Positions 30,361 to 39,459 of a stretch of DNA of 64,000 bases are shown here, piece after piece. This DNA comes from an uncultured Alphaproteobacteria bacterium (GTDB lineage: Bacteria > Pseudomonadota > Alphaproteobacteria > Acetobacterales > Acetobacteraceae). The number at the start of each line of letters is the position of its first letter. Positions within the stretch are counted from its first letter, which is position 1. The DNA lies in the NCBI GenBank assembly GCA_963777325.1, contig CAVZQE010000007.1, positions 4,536-68,535 on the forward strand, given 5' to 3'. Under the pieces are notes generated by a model. It was not told where the DNA came from. It worked only from the letters and a program-made list of their open reading frames with translations, and made no database searches. The position numbers and the translations under genes are program-made.

Positions 30361-32142
30361 ATGCGCTTTCTGAGGGTTTACGCCCGTGTGTTCGCGCTGC
30401 TCGGGCGCGACAGGTGGCTCGCGCTGCTGCTCTGCTTCGCCAATTTCGTGGCGGCGGCCTTGAGCTTTCTCGACCCGCTGCTGTTCGGGCGGGTCATCCA
30501 GCTCCTGTCCAACTCCGACACGATGCCGCGCCCGCTGATGTGGAGCGAGGCAACCCGCTTGCTGCTGATCTGGGTCGGGGTCGGGATCGCGGGCATTCTC
30601 GCGACCATGTTGATCGCCCTGCACAGCGAGCGGATGGCGCATCGCAACCGTCTGAACGTCATGGGCCGGTTCTACTCGCATGTTCTCAACCTCCCGCTCT
30701 CGTTTCACGGCGACACCCATTCCGGGCGGCTGATCAAGGTCATGATTTCGGGCTCGGACGGCATGTTCGCGGTCTGGCTCAGCTTCTTTCGGGACCAGTT
30801 CGCGACCCTGCTTTCCGTCGTCGTCCTGCTGCCGCTCACGATCCTGCTGAACTGGAAGCTGGCGCTCGCGCTGATCGTGCTCGTCATCGTGTTCTCGACC
30901 GTGACCACGCTCGTCATCCGCCACACCGAGGCGGGTCAGCGCCAGGTCGAGACCTACAATTCGAGCCTCGCGGGGACCGCCCAGGATGCGCTCGCCAACG
31001 TCATGGTGGTGCAGTCCTTCACCCGCCTGCGCGCCGAGACACGCATGTTCGGCGACATCATCACCCAGGTGATCCAGACCCAGTTCCCGGTGCTGAACTG
31101 GTGGGCGGTGGTCAACGTCTCGACCCGCGCCGCGAGCACCATCGCCGTCATCTCGCTCGTCGTCATCGGCACCTTCCTGCATCTGGACGGCGAGGCGGGC
31201 GTCGGGGAGATCGTCTCGTTCATGGGATTCGCGACGCTGCTGATCGGCCGCATGGAATTCGCGGTTTCGTTCGCCTCGTCCCTGTTTTTCCGGCTGCCCG
31301 CGCTCGAGGATTTCATGGGCGTGCTGGAGGCCAAGAGTTCCGTGCCGGAGAAGCCCGGCGCCGCCGTCCTCGCGGCCAGGGAAGGCGAGGTCGCCTTCGA
31401 CCACGTCGCCTTCGGCTATCCGGGCGGGCCGAAGATCCTGTCCGACGTGACCTTCACCGCCGAGCCCGGCACGTCGGTCGCGCTGGTCGGGCAAACCGGC
31501 GCGGGCAAATCGACCGCGATGAACCTGTTGCAGCGCCTGTGGGATCCGGTGGACGGGGCGATCCGCATCGACGGGCAGGATCTGCGGGATGTGACGCTCG
31601 AGAGCCTCCGGGCCGCGATCGGCGTCGTCTTCCAGGAGGCGATGCTGTTCAACCGCTCCATCCGCGACAATCTCAGGATGGGGCGTCCGGGCGCGACCGA
31701 CGCCGAACTCGAACGCGCCTGCCGCCTCGCCGACGCGCACGAGTTCATCATGCGGCAGCCGCAGGGCTACGGCACCATGATCGGCGAGCGCGGCACGACC
31801 CTGTCGGGCGGCCAGCGACAGCGTCTCGCGATCGCGCGCGCGCTGCTGAAGGACCCGCCCATCCTCATTCTCGACGAGGCGACGAGCGCGCTCGACGCGG
31901 CGACGGAGGCGCGCGTCAGCCGGGCGCTGAAGGTGCTGATGCAGGGCCGCACCACCTTCATCATCGCCCATCGTCTCTCGACCGTGCGGGACGCGGACGT
32001 GATCCTCGTTTTCGAGGGCGGCAAAATCGCCGAGCGCGGCTCGTTCGACGAACTGGTCGCGAGAGGCGGCCGCTTCGCCGCCCTGGTCGCGACCCAGCTC
32101 GCCCCCGCGCCGCAACCCGTTCCGGCGCGCGCCGCCGAATAG
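30361..32142 (+). CDS. ndvA: ABC exporter, fused permease/ATPase, NdvA/ChvA (beta-glucan exporter)-like
   Basis: 593 aa. Contains FPVLNWWAVVNVSTRAAST and FMGFATLLIGRME, which resemble ChvA/NdvA as I recall them. Walker A GQTGAGKST, signature LSGGQRQR and ILILDEATSALD are present. Confidence 0.75.
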   Translation: MRFLRVYARVFALLGRDRWLALLLCFANFVAAALSFLDPLLFGRVIQLLSNSDTMPRPLMWSEATRLLLIWVGVGIAGILATMLIALHSERMAHRNRLNVMGRFYSHVLNLPLSFHGDTHSGRLIKVMISGSDGMFAVWLSFFRDQFATLLSVVVLLPLTILLNWKLALALIVLVIVFSTVTTLVIRHTEAGQRQVETYNSSLAGTAQDALANVMVVQSFTRLRAETRMFGDIITQVIQTQFPVLNWWAVVNVSTRAASTIAVISLVVIGTFLHLDGEAGVGEIVSFMGFATLLIGRMEFAVSFASSLFFRLPALEDFMGVLEAKSSVPEKPGAAVLAAREGEVAFDHVAFGYPGGPKILSDVTFTAEPGTSVALVGQTGAGKSTAMNLLQRLWDPVDGAIRIDGQDLRDVTLESLRAAIGVVFQEAMLFNRSIRDNLRMGRPGATDAELERACRLADAHEFIMRQPQGYGTMIGERGTTLSGGQRQRLAIARALLKDPPILILDEATSALDAATEARVSRALKVLMQGRTTFIIAHRLSTVRDADVILVFEGGKIAERGSFDELVARGGRFAALVATQLAPAPQPVPARAAE

Positions 32143-32305
32143 GCGCCCGCACATCTGGAAGTTGCGCGCGCCGGGGCGAAGGTGCATGCTCATGGTTTCA
32201 GTCGGATCTTCGCGGAGCGGCGCGAGGTCGCGCCGGTGCCGGACCAGCGGCTGGCCCGTGGCGGCCGCTGGCCTTCGTCATCGGCCGAGCAACCGGGGGC
32301 AAGCC

Positions 32306-32761
32306 ATGACGATCGCAGCAATTCTGAAGAACAAGGGACACGACGTCATCAGCGTCGGGCCGGGTCAGACAGTCTCCGAGGTCGCCGCCCTGCTGGGGGC
32401 GAAGCGCATCGGCGCGGTGCTGGTGCTGGGGCAGGGGCAAGACCTCGTCGGCATCATCAGCGAGCGCGACATCGTCAAGGCGCTGGCGAGGCACGGCGCG
32501 TCCACGCTCGACCTCACCGTCGATCAGCTGATGACACGCGAGCTGAAAACGGCGACCCCGCAGACAACGGTGCCGGAGGCGATGGAGATGATGACGACCG
32601 GCCGCTTCCGGCACCTTCCGGTGCTGGATCACGGCGCGCTGGTGGGCCTCATCAGCATCGGCGACGTCGTCAAGACGCGCATCATGCAGCAGGAGCACGA
32701 GGTGGACAGCCTGCGCGCCTACGTCTCGGGCGGCGCGCCGGATAGCCACGCGCTGGTCTGA
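32306..32761 (+). CDS. CBS-pair domain protein
   Basis: 151 aa with two CBS motifs (GAVLVL..LVGIISERDIV and HLPVLDHGALVGLISIGDVV). Confidence 0.88.
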   Translation: MTIAAILKNKGHDVISVGPGQTVSEVAALLGAKRIGAVLVLGQGQDLVGIISERDIVKALARHGASTLDLTVDQLMTRELKTATPQTTVPEAMEMMTTGRFRHLPVLDHGALVGLISIGDVVKTRIMQQEHEVDSLRAYVSGGAPDSHALV

Positions 32762-32792
32762 GCAAGGCGGAGGGCTGCCGCCGCGGTTCTGA

Positions 32793-34781
32793 CTATTCGC
32801 CCGACAATTCGCGGCGGCGCCGGTCCAGTTCCTCGCTGTAGCGCCGCAACGCGAACTGCTCGGTCAGCAGGCCGATGACCCGCTTGGTCTCGGGTCCGTC
32901 GAGGACGGCGAGAGCGTCGCTTTCCGCCGCCTCGAACAGCCCGATTGCCTGCTTCACCGTCATTTGCGGCAGCAAAGCCGCATCGGCATAGTGCAGGATG
33001 TCGGCGAGCTTGGCCCCATCCTCGGCGTCCGCATGCGCCTCGGCGAGCAGCACGATCCCGGCGTAGCGATCGGCGTCGTCGACCGCGACGACCCGCTGCG
33101 TCGCGCCAAGCGGGAAGTCTCGCCGGAAGATCGCGATGGGCGTGTCGGCGCGCACGGTGCGCACTTCCCGGCGCATCATCCGCCCGACGGTCAGATTGCG
33201 CATCCAGCCGACATCCACGGCGCTCCGGATGCTCTCGCCGCGCAGGTGAAAGCGCCAGGTCGCGAAGGAGTAACCGAAGGTCCGGCGGACCGTCAGCGAC
33301 GAGATGACGCAGGCGGCGAGCACCGCGATCGTCATCGGCAGGCTGCCGGTGTCCTCAAGGGCCAGGAACCCCATCGTCAGCGGGCCGCCGATGATCGCCA
33401 CCGCCATGCTGCTCATGCCGACCATCGCGCAGACGACGGGCGGGATCGCGTGCGCCGTCGTGATCATCGCGAGCAGGCCCGCGAACAGCTTTCCGACCAT
33501 CGCGCCGAGGAACAGGGACGCGAAGAACAGGCCGCCGCGGAAACCGGAGCCGATCGAGACGGCCGAGGCGGTCGCCTTCAGCACGATGATCATGGCGACA
33601 TGCGGAAGCGGGTAGGGCGCATCGACCCCGACCGCCAGCGCCGCGTGCCCCGAGGAGAGGACGGAGGGCGTGACGAGCGCCAGCGCGCCGATGGCGAGAC
33701 CGCCAATGGAGGGACGCAGCCAGACCGGAACCTTGCTTTTGCGGAACATCTCCTCGGTCAGCGTAACGCCGCGCATGATGGCGATGCCGACGAGCGCGCA
33801 GACCATGCCGAGCGCGATGATCGCGACGTAATCCACCGCCTCGATGCGGCTCGGCACCTGCAGCTCGAGCGTTCCCGGCGTGCCGTTGAGCGCATTGGCG
33901 ACCGCCACCGCGACGATTGAGGAGATAACCACCGGCGCGAGCGAAACGAGGGTGTAGGTGCCGATCACCAGCTCGAAGGCGTAGAAGGAGCCGGTGAGGG
34001 GCGCTTGGAACGCGGCCGCGATCGCGCCGGCGGCCCCGCATCCGACGAGCATCCGCAGATCGCCCCGGCGGACCCGGAAGCTGCGCCCGAGACGCGACGC
34101 GAAGGCAGACCCGATCTGGGTATACCCCGCCTCCAGTCCGACCGATGCGCCGACGCCTGTCGATATGACGGTCTGCAGCACGACCAGGAGGCTGTCCTTC
34201 ACCGACATGGTGCCGCCGTAGAGCGCGTTCGCCTCGATCGGATCGACCGCCCGGCGCGGCCACCATCGGAGGGTCAGGACGCCGAGCAGTCCGAAGCCCA
34301 ATCCGCCGAGGCTCGGCACCAGGATCGCCCGAAACCGGTTGATCTCGACCATCCCGGATAGGCGCTGTCCGGGCAGCAGCGCGAACAGGATTTCGTGAAT
34401 GTGCTGGGTGACGATGGTCATGGCGGCGACGGCGAGGCCGCACGCGCAGCCGACGATGGCCGCCACGACCACGAGCCAGATTTCGTCCGCCCGGACGAGC
34501 GCCCGGAGCGTGTGCGGCGCGTGGTGGATGGCGCTCGACAAGGCGCGCCGGCCTTGAGCCGGACGGCTCCTTGCGGCCGTGCTCCGGGGAGCTTCTTTCC
34601 GCTCCGGACCGGCCTCGCGCGGCGGGGCCGCGCCAGCCGCCGCTGGCTGCGGCCCGGGTGGCGCGCCGGCCAGTGTCGTATCGCCGGATGTTGGCGGCAT
34701 GGAGCGGCGTCCCGACCGTGGCAGCAAGGCGCGCGGCGCGGGCCGCCAAGCATTCATGGGACCGGTTTCCGGCGCGATCAA
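32793..34781 (-). CDS. ClC-family chloride channel with C-terminal CBS domains
   Basis: Contains GVGASVGLEAGYTQIG, GCGAAGAIAAAFQAPLTG and a GSGFRGGLFFASLFLGA-type selectivity motif, plus a CBS pair. The N-terminal ~100 aa are low complexity, so the start is uncertain. Confidence 0.9.
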   Translation of the reverse strand: MIAPETGPMNAWRPAPRALLPRSGRRSMPPTSGDTTLAGAPPGPQPAAAGAAPPREAGPERKEAPRSTAARSRPAQGRRALSSAIHHAPHTLRALVRADEIWLVVVAAIVGCACGLAVAAMTIVTQHIHEILFALLPGQRLSGMVEINRFRAILVPSLGGLGFGLLGVLTLRWWPRRAVDPIEANALYGGTMSVKDSLLVVLQTVISTGVGASVGLEAGYTQIGSAFASRLGRSFRVRRGDLRMLVGCGAAGAIAAAFQAPLTGSFYAFELVIGTYTLVSLAPVVISSIVAVAVANALNGTPGTLELQVPSRIEAVDYVAIIALGMVCALVGIAIMRGVTLTEEMFRKSKVPVWLRPSIGGLAIGALALVTPSVLSSGHAALAVGVDAPYPLPHVAMIIVLKATASAVSIGSGFRGGLFFASLFLGAMVGKLFAGLLAMITTAHAIPPVVCAMVGMSSMAVAIIGGPLTMGFLALEDTGSLPMTIAVLAACVISSLTVRRTFGYSFATWRFHLRGESIRSAVDVGWMRNLTVGRMMRREVRTVRADTPIAIFRRDFPLGATQRVVAVDDADRYAGIVLLAEAHADAEDGAKLADILHYADAALLPQMTVKQAIGLFEAAESDALAVLDGPETKRVIGLLTEQFALRRYSEELDRRRRELSGE

Positions 34782-34958
34782 CTCTATGCCGAGGCAGGGC
34801 GGGCTAAAAACACGGTAAGATGCCCCGGCGCTACACGCCGGTTCCGCGCCATTCGCGTGGCACGGCCTGGATCGGATCGGCTTGCTACTGCCGAGTGCGT
34901 GCGATTAGATGCCGTTCGTCAACCAACAATCGTCGCTTGTCTCGGAAAGGATACTGCC

Positions 34959-36206
34959 ATGGACCCGGTCGTGCTGGAATGGGGCGGGTTCCTGATCCGA
35001 TGGACGCACGTCGTCGCCGCCATCGCCTGGATCGGGGCGTCGTTCTACTTCATGCATCTCGACGCAAGCATCCGGCCCGCTCCGGCGCTGCCGAAGGGGG
35101 CGGGCGGCGAGGCCTGGGAGGTCCATGGCGGCGGCTTCTACCAGGTGCGGAAATATCTGGTCGCGCCCAAATCGATGCCCGAACACCTGATCTGGCATAA
35201 ATGGCAGTCCTACTCGACCTGGCTGTCCGGCTTCGCGCTGCTTTGCTGGGTCTATTACGCCCAAGCCGACCTCTATTTGATAGATCCGGCGGTGCGCCAG
35301 ATCAGCCCGCTCGCGGGCGCCGCGATCGGCATCGGCGGCTTGATCGTGGGCTGGCTGATCTACGACGGGCTGAACCGATCGAGGCTGTCCGACGCCCCGA
35401 TCATGCTCTCGGGCGCGGTTTTCGTCATCCTCATGCTGTTCGCCTTCGGCTTCCAGCAGGTATTCTCCGGCCGCGCCGCGATGCTGCATACGGGAGCCGT
35501 CATCGCGACCTGGATGACGGCCAACGTGTTCTTCGTCATCATACCGAACCAGCGAAAGACCGTCGCGGCGCTGATCGCCCGGCAGCAGCCCGACCCGGCT
35601 TGGGGCAAACAGGCCAAGAATCGCTCCTCGCATAACAACTATCTCACCTTGCCGGTGCTGTTCTTCATGCTGTCCGGCCACTACCCGCTGGCTTGGTCCA
35701 CGCCCTACGCCTGGGCGATCGTCGGCCTGGTCGTGGTGACGGGCGGGGTGGTGCGCCACTTCTACAATGCGCGCCACGCCGGCCAGGGCGATCCCTGGTG
35801 GACCTGGGGCGTGGCCGCTGCCTGCATCGTGCTCGCCGCCTTCATCAGCGTCGTGTCCTCCCCGGCCCAGCGCGAGCGCTACGGCCTGGCCTCGGCCGAC
35901 GCGCCTGGCACGGCCCAGGCCGCCGCCGCGCCTGCAAACGGGGCGGCGGCGGGGCTGCCGCCGGACGACGTGGTGACCATCGTCACGGGCAAATGCAGCA
36001 TGTGTCACGCGCCCGAACCGCTGTGGCCCGGCCTTGCCAGTGCCCCAAAAGGCGTCCTCCTGGACACGCCCGAGCACATCGCGCGCTTCGCCCCGGCGAT
36101 CCGGATGCAGGCGGTCCTGACCCATGCCATGCCACCCAACAACATCACCGGCGTCGAGCCCGAGGAGCGGCAGCAACTGGCGATGTGGCTCGCGACGGCC
36201 CACTGA
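34959..36206 (+). CDS. puuD: Urate hydroxylase PuuD-like membrane protein with a C-terminal cytochrome c motif
   Basis: Starts MDPVVLEWGGFLIRWTHVVAAIAWIGASFYFMHLD. Contains SSHNNYLTLPVLFFMLSGHYP and CSMCH. Confidence 0.82.
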   Translation: MDPVVLEWGGFLIRWTHVVAAIAWIGASFYFMHLDASIRPAPALPKGAGGEAWEVHGGGFYQVRKYLVAPKSMPEHLIWHKWQSYSTWLSGFALLCWVYYAQADLYLIDPAVRQISPLAGAAIGIGGLIVGWLIYDGLNRSRLSDAPIMLSGAVFVILMLFAFGFQQVFSGRAAMLHTGAVIATWMTANVFFVIIPNQRKTVAALIARQQPDPAWGKQAKNRSSHNNYLTLPVLFFMLSGHYPLAWSTPYAWAIVGLVVVTGGVVRHFYNARHAGQGDPWWTWGVAAACIVLAAFISVVSSPAQRERYGLASADAPGTAQAAAAPANGAAAGLPPDDVVTIVTGKCSMCHAPEPLWPGLASAPKGVLLDTPEHIARFAPAIRMQAVLTHAMPPNNITGVEPEERQQLAMWLATAH

Positions 36207-36219
36207 AAGCAACCTTAGT

Positions 36220-36247
36220 GCGCCCGGCCGCGCCGCCAGCCGGGCGC
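36220..36247 (+). terminator. GC hairpin after puuD (no U-tract)
   Basis: Stem gcgcccggc/gccgggcgc with a 10-nt loop, 14 nt after the puuD stop. Confidence 0.3.
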
Positions 36248-36257
36248 GCGGGCTGCC

Positions 36258-36306
36258 GCAGTTGGATGATCCACCGCCGCCAACGGCGGCGGTCGCAGAA
36301 CGGAGA
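36258..36306 (+). repeat. Left direct repeat (attL-like)
   Basis: gcagttggatgatccaccgccgccaacggcggcggtcgcagaacggaga, with an internal ccgccgcc/ggcggcgg palindrome. Confidence 0.8.
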
Positions 36307-36395
36307 GTCGGACCAACCAGCCCAGACCCCGCGCGGCCGGGACAACGGCGGCTGCGGCTCATGACCACCGTCCCCAGCACGCCGGAGACCGGCCC

Positions 36396-37043
36396 GTGAC
36401 GCCGTACGTCCGGCCCGCCTGGATCGCCGACCTCGCCGCCGACCTCGCGCGCACCACGACCGACCTGCGCAGGACGCTGCGGCGGCAGCACCACGATCCG
36501 CAGCCGGAGGCGAGCACCAGGGCAGGCCGCACCGATCCGCGCGGCATCCGGATCTCGCTCGCCGAGGCGCGGACGCTGCTACGCGGCGCGCTGCCGGTGC
36601 CGCTGTACCGCCGGCCGCGCCGGGCCGCGCACGCGACGCTAACGGTCGCACTGGCGCGCTGCGCCGATGCGCTGCTCGACTGCAACGACGATCCGCGCAT
36701 GGCCGGACCGCACGCCATCACGGCCGTGCTCGACTGCGCGGATGCCCTACGCGCCTGGGCACAAGTCGCGCGCTGGCAGCAGGCGACGCAGGCCGCGCAT
36801 CTCGCGTGGAGCATTGGCGATAAGGTCGCTTCTGCGACAACCGCCGCGCCGAGTCCGGAACAGACCGCGCACGCCGCGCCGCCGGAAACCGACCGTCCGG
36901 AGCCGCCCGCCCGCACCGCGCGCGCGCCGCGCCGCCGCGCCGTGCAGCGCGCGCTATTGCTACCGATTGCAACGACCGCGAGCTCGCACCACCCCGCAGA
37001 GGAGCACACCCGTGACGCTGACGCTGACCGCGCCGCCGCCTGA
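36396..37043 (+). CDS. Hypothetical protein, element ORF1 (215 aa)
   Basis: GTG start overlaps an upstream in-phase TGA (GTGA), with GGAG 8 nt upstream. I recognise no family. Confidence 0.5.
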   Translation: MTPYVRPAWIADLAADLARTTTDLRRTLRRQHHDPQPEASTRAGRTDPRGIRISLAEARTLLRGALPVPLYRRPRRAAHATLTVALARCADALLDCNDDPRMAGPHAITAVLDCADALRAWAQVARWQQATQAAHLAWSIGDKVASATTAAPSPEQTAHAAPPETDRPEPPARTARAPRRRAVQRALLLPIATTASSHHPAEEHTRDADADRAAA

Positions 37044-37182
37044 CGCCGCCAACCCCGCACAGTGGCGCACGGCCCTGCGCCGGCTGGCCGAGGCGGCGAT
37101 CGACGCGCTGGACGCGCTCGGGCCGGACCCGGACGCCGAGCCGGAGCACGACCGCGAGCCGGAGCCGGAGGCGCTGCAATGA
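37012..37182 (+). CDS. Hypothetical small acidic protein, element ORF2 (56 aa)
   Basis: AGAGGAG lies 7 nt before the GTG. The stop overlaps the ORF3 ATG (ATGA). Confidence 0.45.
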   Translation: MTLTLTAPPPDAANPAQWRTALRRLAEAAIDALDALGPDPDAEPEHDREPEPEALQ

Positions 37183-37517
37183 CCCTGCGCACGCGCCTGG
37201 CCGCCGCGCTCCGGCCGCCGCCGGTCGCGCTGGAGACCGACGCGCACGGCCGTCCGCTCAGGGTGGTGCGCGGCGGCCGCGTGCTGGCGCAGCTCGGGGG
37301 ACCGCCGCCGCCGGCGGGCGAGCCGCCGAGCAGCGTGACCGACCTCTGCGTCACCGCGAGCCTGCGCCCGGCCGCGCGCGGTCCGACGTGGACGGTGCGG
37401 GCGACCGATACCGCGACCGGCCTCGTCGTAGAGCGCCAGGGCGTGCCGCCCGACAGCCGGATCGGCCGGGCGCTGACGGCGCTAGCCCGCGCCCTCGAGC
37501 GCGACGGCGGAGGGTAG
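37179..37517 (+). CDS. Hypothetical protein, element ORF3 (112 aa)
   Basis: ATGA coupling to ORF2. The ORF ends in a G-tract hairpin. Confidence 0.5.
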   Translation: MTLRTRLAAALRPPPVALETDAHGRPLRVVRGGRVLAQLGGPPPPAGEPPSSVTDLCVTASLRPAARGPTWTVRATDTATGLVVERQGVPPDSRIGRALTALARALERDGGG

Positions 37518-37963
37518 GGCAGGGGCGGGGCAGGGGCACACCCCGCCCGCCCGGATCACACACCCGCGACCCAGGGCGCAATTTCAGCGGCCAAAACAGG
37601 CCGCGATCAGGCAGGATCAGGCCGGGGCGAGGCCCGGCCCGGCGGCGACCCATGCGCCGTCGGCTCCCGGGACGGGTCGGGTCTCCCCCCGCACCGCCGG
37701 TGCGCGGCCCTGCGCCTCTCCACGCCGGGTCGCGCGCCGGCCCTCGCTGCGGCCTGACGGCCGCCGGCCGGCCCGCTCCACCAGCCGCCCGCCTCGCCCG
37801 CCAGCGTGGGCAGATGCGGTCGGCCGCGCGCGGGCAAGCGCCGCGCCAGCACGGCGCGCGGCGCGCGCCGCCCTGCGGGCCGTCCCTGCGCTACGCGTCG
37901 CAAGCGCCGCTGCGCTCCGGGCGGTGCCGTCACGCCGCTTGCACGCCCGGCCGGAGTCATGCC

Positions 37964-38011
37964 TGGGGGGCACCGCCCCCCAGACCCCCGCCCCCCAGAC
38001 CCCCGCCCCCC
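37964..38011. repeat. C-tract tandem repeat (G-quadruplex-prone on the minus strand) with a G6/C6 hairpin
   Basis: ggggggcaccg cccccc aga ccccc g cccccc aga ccccc g ccccccc. Confidence 0.85.
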
Positions 38012-38558
38012 CGCGCCGCCGGGTGCGCGCGCAGCGGCATCGCAAGCTCGCCACGCCCGTCCCGCCGCACCAGGCCCGCGCCAAGCGGCGCGGGCCGGGC
38101 GGGCGGTCCGCGCATGGCCCGCAAGCGCACGTCGGGCGCGCCGCCGCGCCGGGTTTTCCGGCGCGTCGCCCGGCGGCTGGGGGGCTGCCGTGCCCGGCCC
38201 CGTCCGCGCGGCTCAGTGCGCTCGTTCCTCGCGCCGCCGCGCCGGGGCCGGGCCGCGCCCCCCAAGGCAAGGCAAGCGGGGGCGCTCACGGCAGGGTCTC
38301 AGGCCGTCCCGCAGGCCCCCCGTTGCAGCGCCCCTCCAACGGGGGGGCTCGCCGGGCCCTGGCGCACGACCGCACGCATCGCGCGCCCGGCCGGCCGCAT
38401 CCAGGCCGCACGGCTGCGCCGCGCGCCGCCTGCGGCGGCCGCTGCGCGGGCCTGGACCCGTCCGGCCGGGCACGCAGGCCGGCGATGGTCCGCCGCGGCG
38501 GGGTGTGGCGCACCCCGCCGCGTCCGACCGATCCACGCGCCGCACAGGAGAGCACCGT

Positions 38559-38774
38559 ATGACCGCCGCAACGACCGACCGCGCCGCCGCCGCCGCCGCC
38601 GGCTACTACGTCCGCGAGGGCAGCTACAGCCACACCCACGATGACCGCCTGGGCCGCTGGTACGTCGGGCACCGCAACGACGCCGGATTCCGGCCTTGGG
38701 GGGCGGGCTACGGCTCCGAGGCCGAGGCCTGGCAAGCCGCCATCGAGCGCGCCCGCGACACCGGCCGCGTCTGA
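38559..38774 (+). CDS. Hypothetical small protein, element ORF4 (71 aa)
   Basis: GGAGAG lies 8 nt before the ATG. Composition looks like a real protein (Y, W, H, D, E present): ..GYYVREGSYSHTHDDRLGRWYVGHRNDAGFRPWGAGYGSEAEAWQAAIERA. Confidence 0.55.
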   Translation: MTAATTDRAAAAAAGYYVREGSYSHTHDDRLGRWYVGHRNDAGFRPWGAGYGSEAEAWQAAIERARDTGRV

Positions 38775-38852
38775 CCGAGGCGACGAGGGCGGGGTGCGGC
38801 ACCCGCCGCGCCCCATCCTTGCGGACCACACCACGACGAGGGGAGAGACCCG

Positions 38853-39020
38853 ATGCGCCAGCCGATCACCCGCACCCGCCCGGCCGACGGCCCGAGCTTG
38901 GTCATGTCGCTGCTCGACCTAGCCGAGCACGGAGATCTCGATCTGACCGACCTCGACACCGCCGACGTCCGGGCGCTCGCCGCCGTGCTCGCCCGCATCC
39001 TCGCCGGCCGCGAGCCGTAG
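38853..39020 (+). CDS. Hypothetical small acidic protein, element ORF5 (55 aa)
   Basis: GGGGAGAG precedes the ATG. It falls below the 60-aa cutoff of the supplied ORF track and I translated it by hand. Confidence 0.4.
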   Translation: MRQPITRTRPADGPSLVMSLLDLAEHGDLDLTDLDTADVRALAAVLARILAGREP

Positions 39021-39078
39021 CGTTGGCAACCGCAACGACGGCGAGGGCGCAACGATCTCGCCGCGAGCCGCCCAGGCT

Positions 39079-39459
39079 CTACCCGGCGGCGCGGCCGTAG
39101 CGGGCGAGCATGGCCGCGAGCTCGGCGTCGGAGAGCTGGCGCACATCCAGCTCGCCCCGCTCGTAGGCGGCGATCCGGTCGGCCGAGCAGCCGCCGCGCG
39201 CGCGGCCGGGACTGTCCGGCGGCCGCAGCGCGGCGAGGGCGCGAGCGGCGGCGACCCGAGTCGCGGCCGATGCCTTGGGGTCCGACAGCGCCGAGATCAG
39301 CGCCGAGCGGGCGGCGTGCTGGCCGATCTCGGCCTCGATCGCGCCCGCGAGCGACGGCAGCGGCGGCCGGGGCGGACGGCCGCGCGGGTTACCGCTGCGC
39401 CCAGGCGGATAGCGGCCCGAGGGCAGGCGAGGCGGATCGGCGTCGTCGTCAACAGCCAC
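39079..39459 (-). CDS. DUF5681-like protein (GNPxGRP motif), element ORF6
   Basis: GTG at 39459 lies 8 nt after GGAGAG. Contains PPGRSGNPRGRPPR followed by a helical tail. The family assignment is from memory of the motif. Confidence 0.5.
   Translation of the reverse strand: MAVDDDADPPRLPSGRYPPGRSGNPRGRPPRPPLPSLAGAIEAEIGQHAARSALISALSDPKASAATRVAAARALAALRPPDSPGRARGGCSADRIAAYERGELDVRQLSDAELAAMLARYGRAAG

Noticed and set aside
36258-36306. Boundary repeat as a tRNA/tmRNA 3' end or a dif/Xer site
   Set aside because: There is no T-arm (GGTTCGAATCC-like) or CCA-proximal acceptor pattern. It also bears no resemblance to the 11-6-11 AT-rich-centre dif consensus as I remember it. No tRNA gene is visible anywhere in the window.
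37964-38011. C-tract repeat as a CRISPR array or minisatellite
   Set aside because: There are only two 15-nt units without spacers and no cas genes. It is simply a short tandem C-run motif.
37388-38774. Long overlapping ORFs (418 aa, 322 aa, 212 aa and the minus-strand 217 aa) inside the hyper-GC tract
   Set aside because: All frames are open simultaneously. The products are almost pure R/A/G/P with no hydrophobic cores, no SD plus start context and no motifs. I treat the tract as noncoding.
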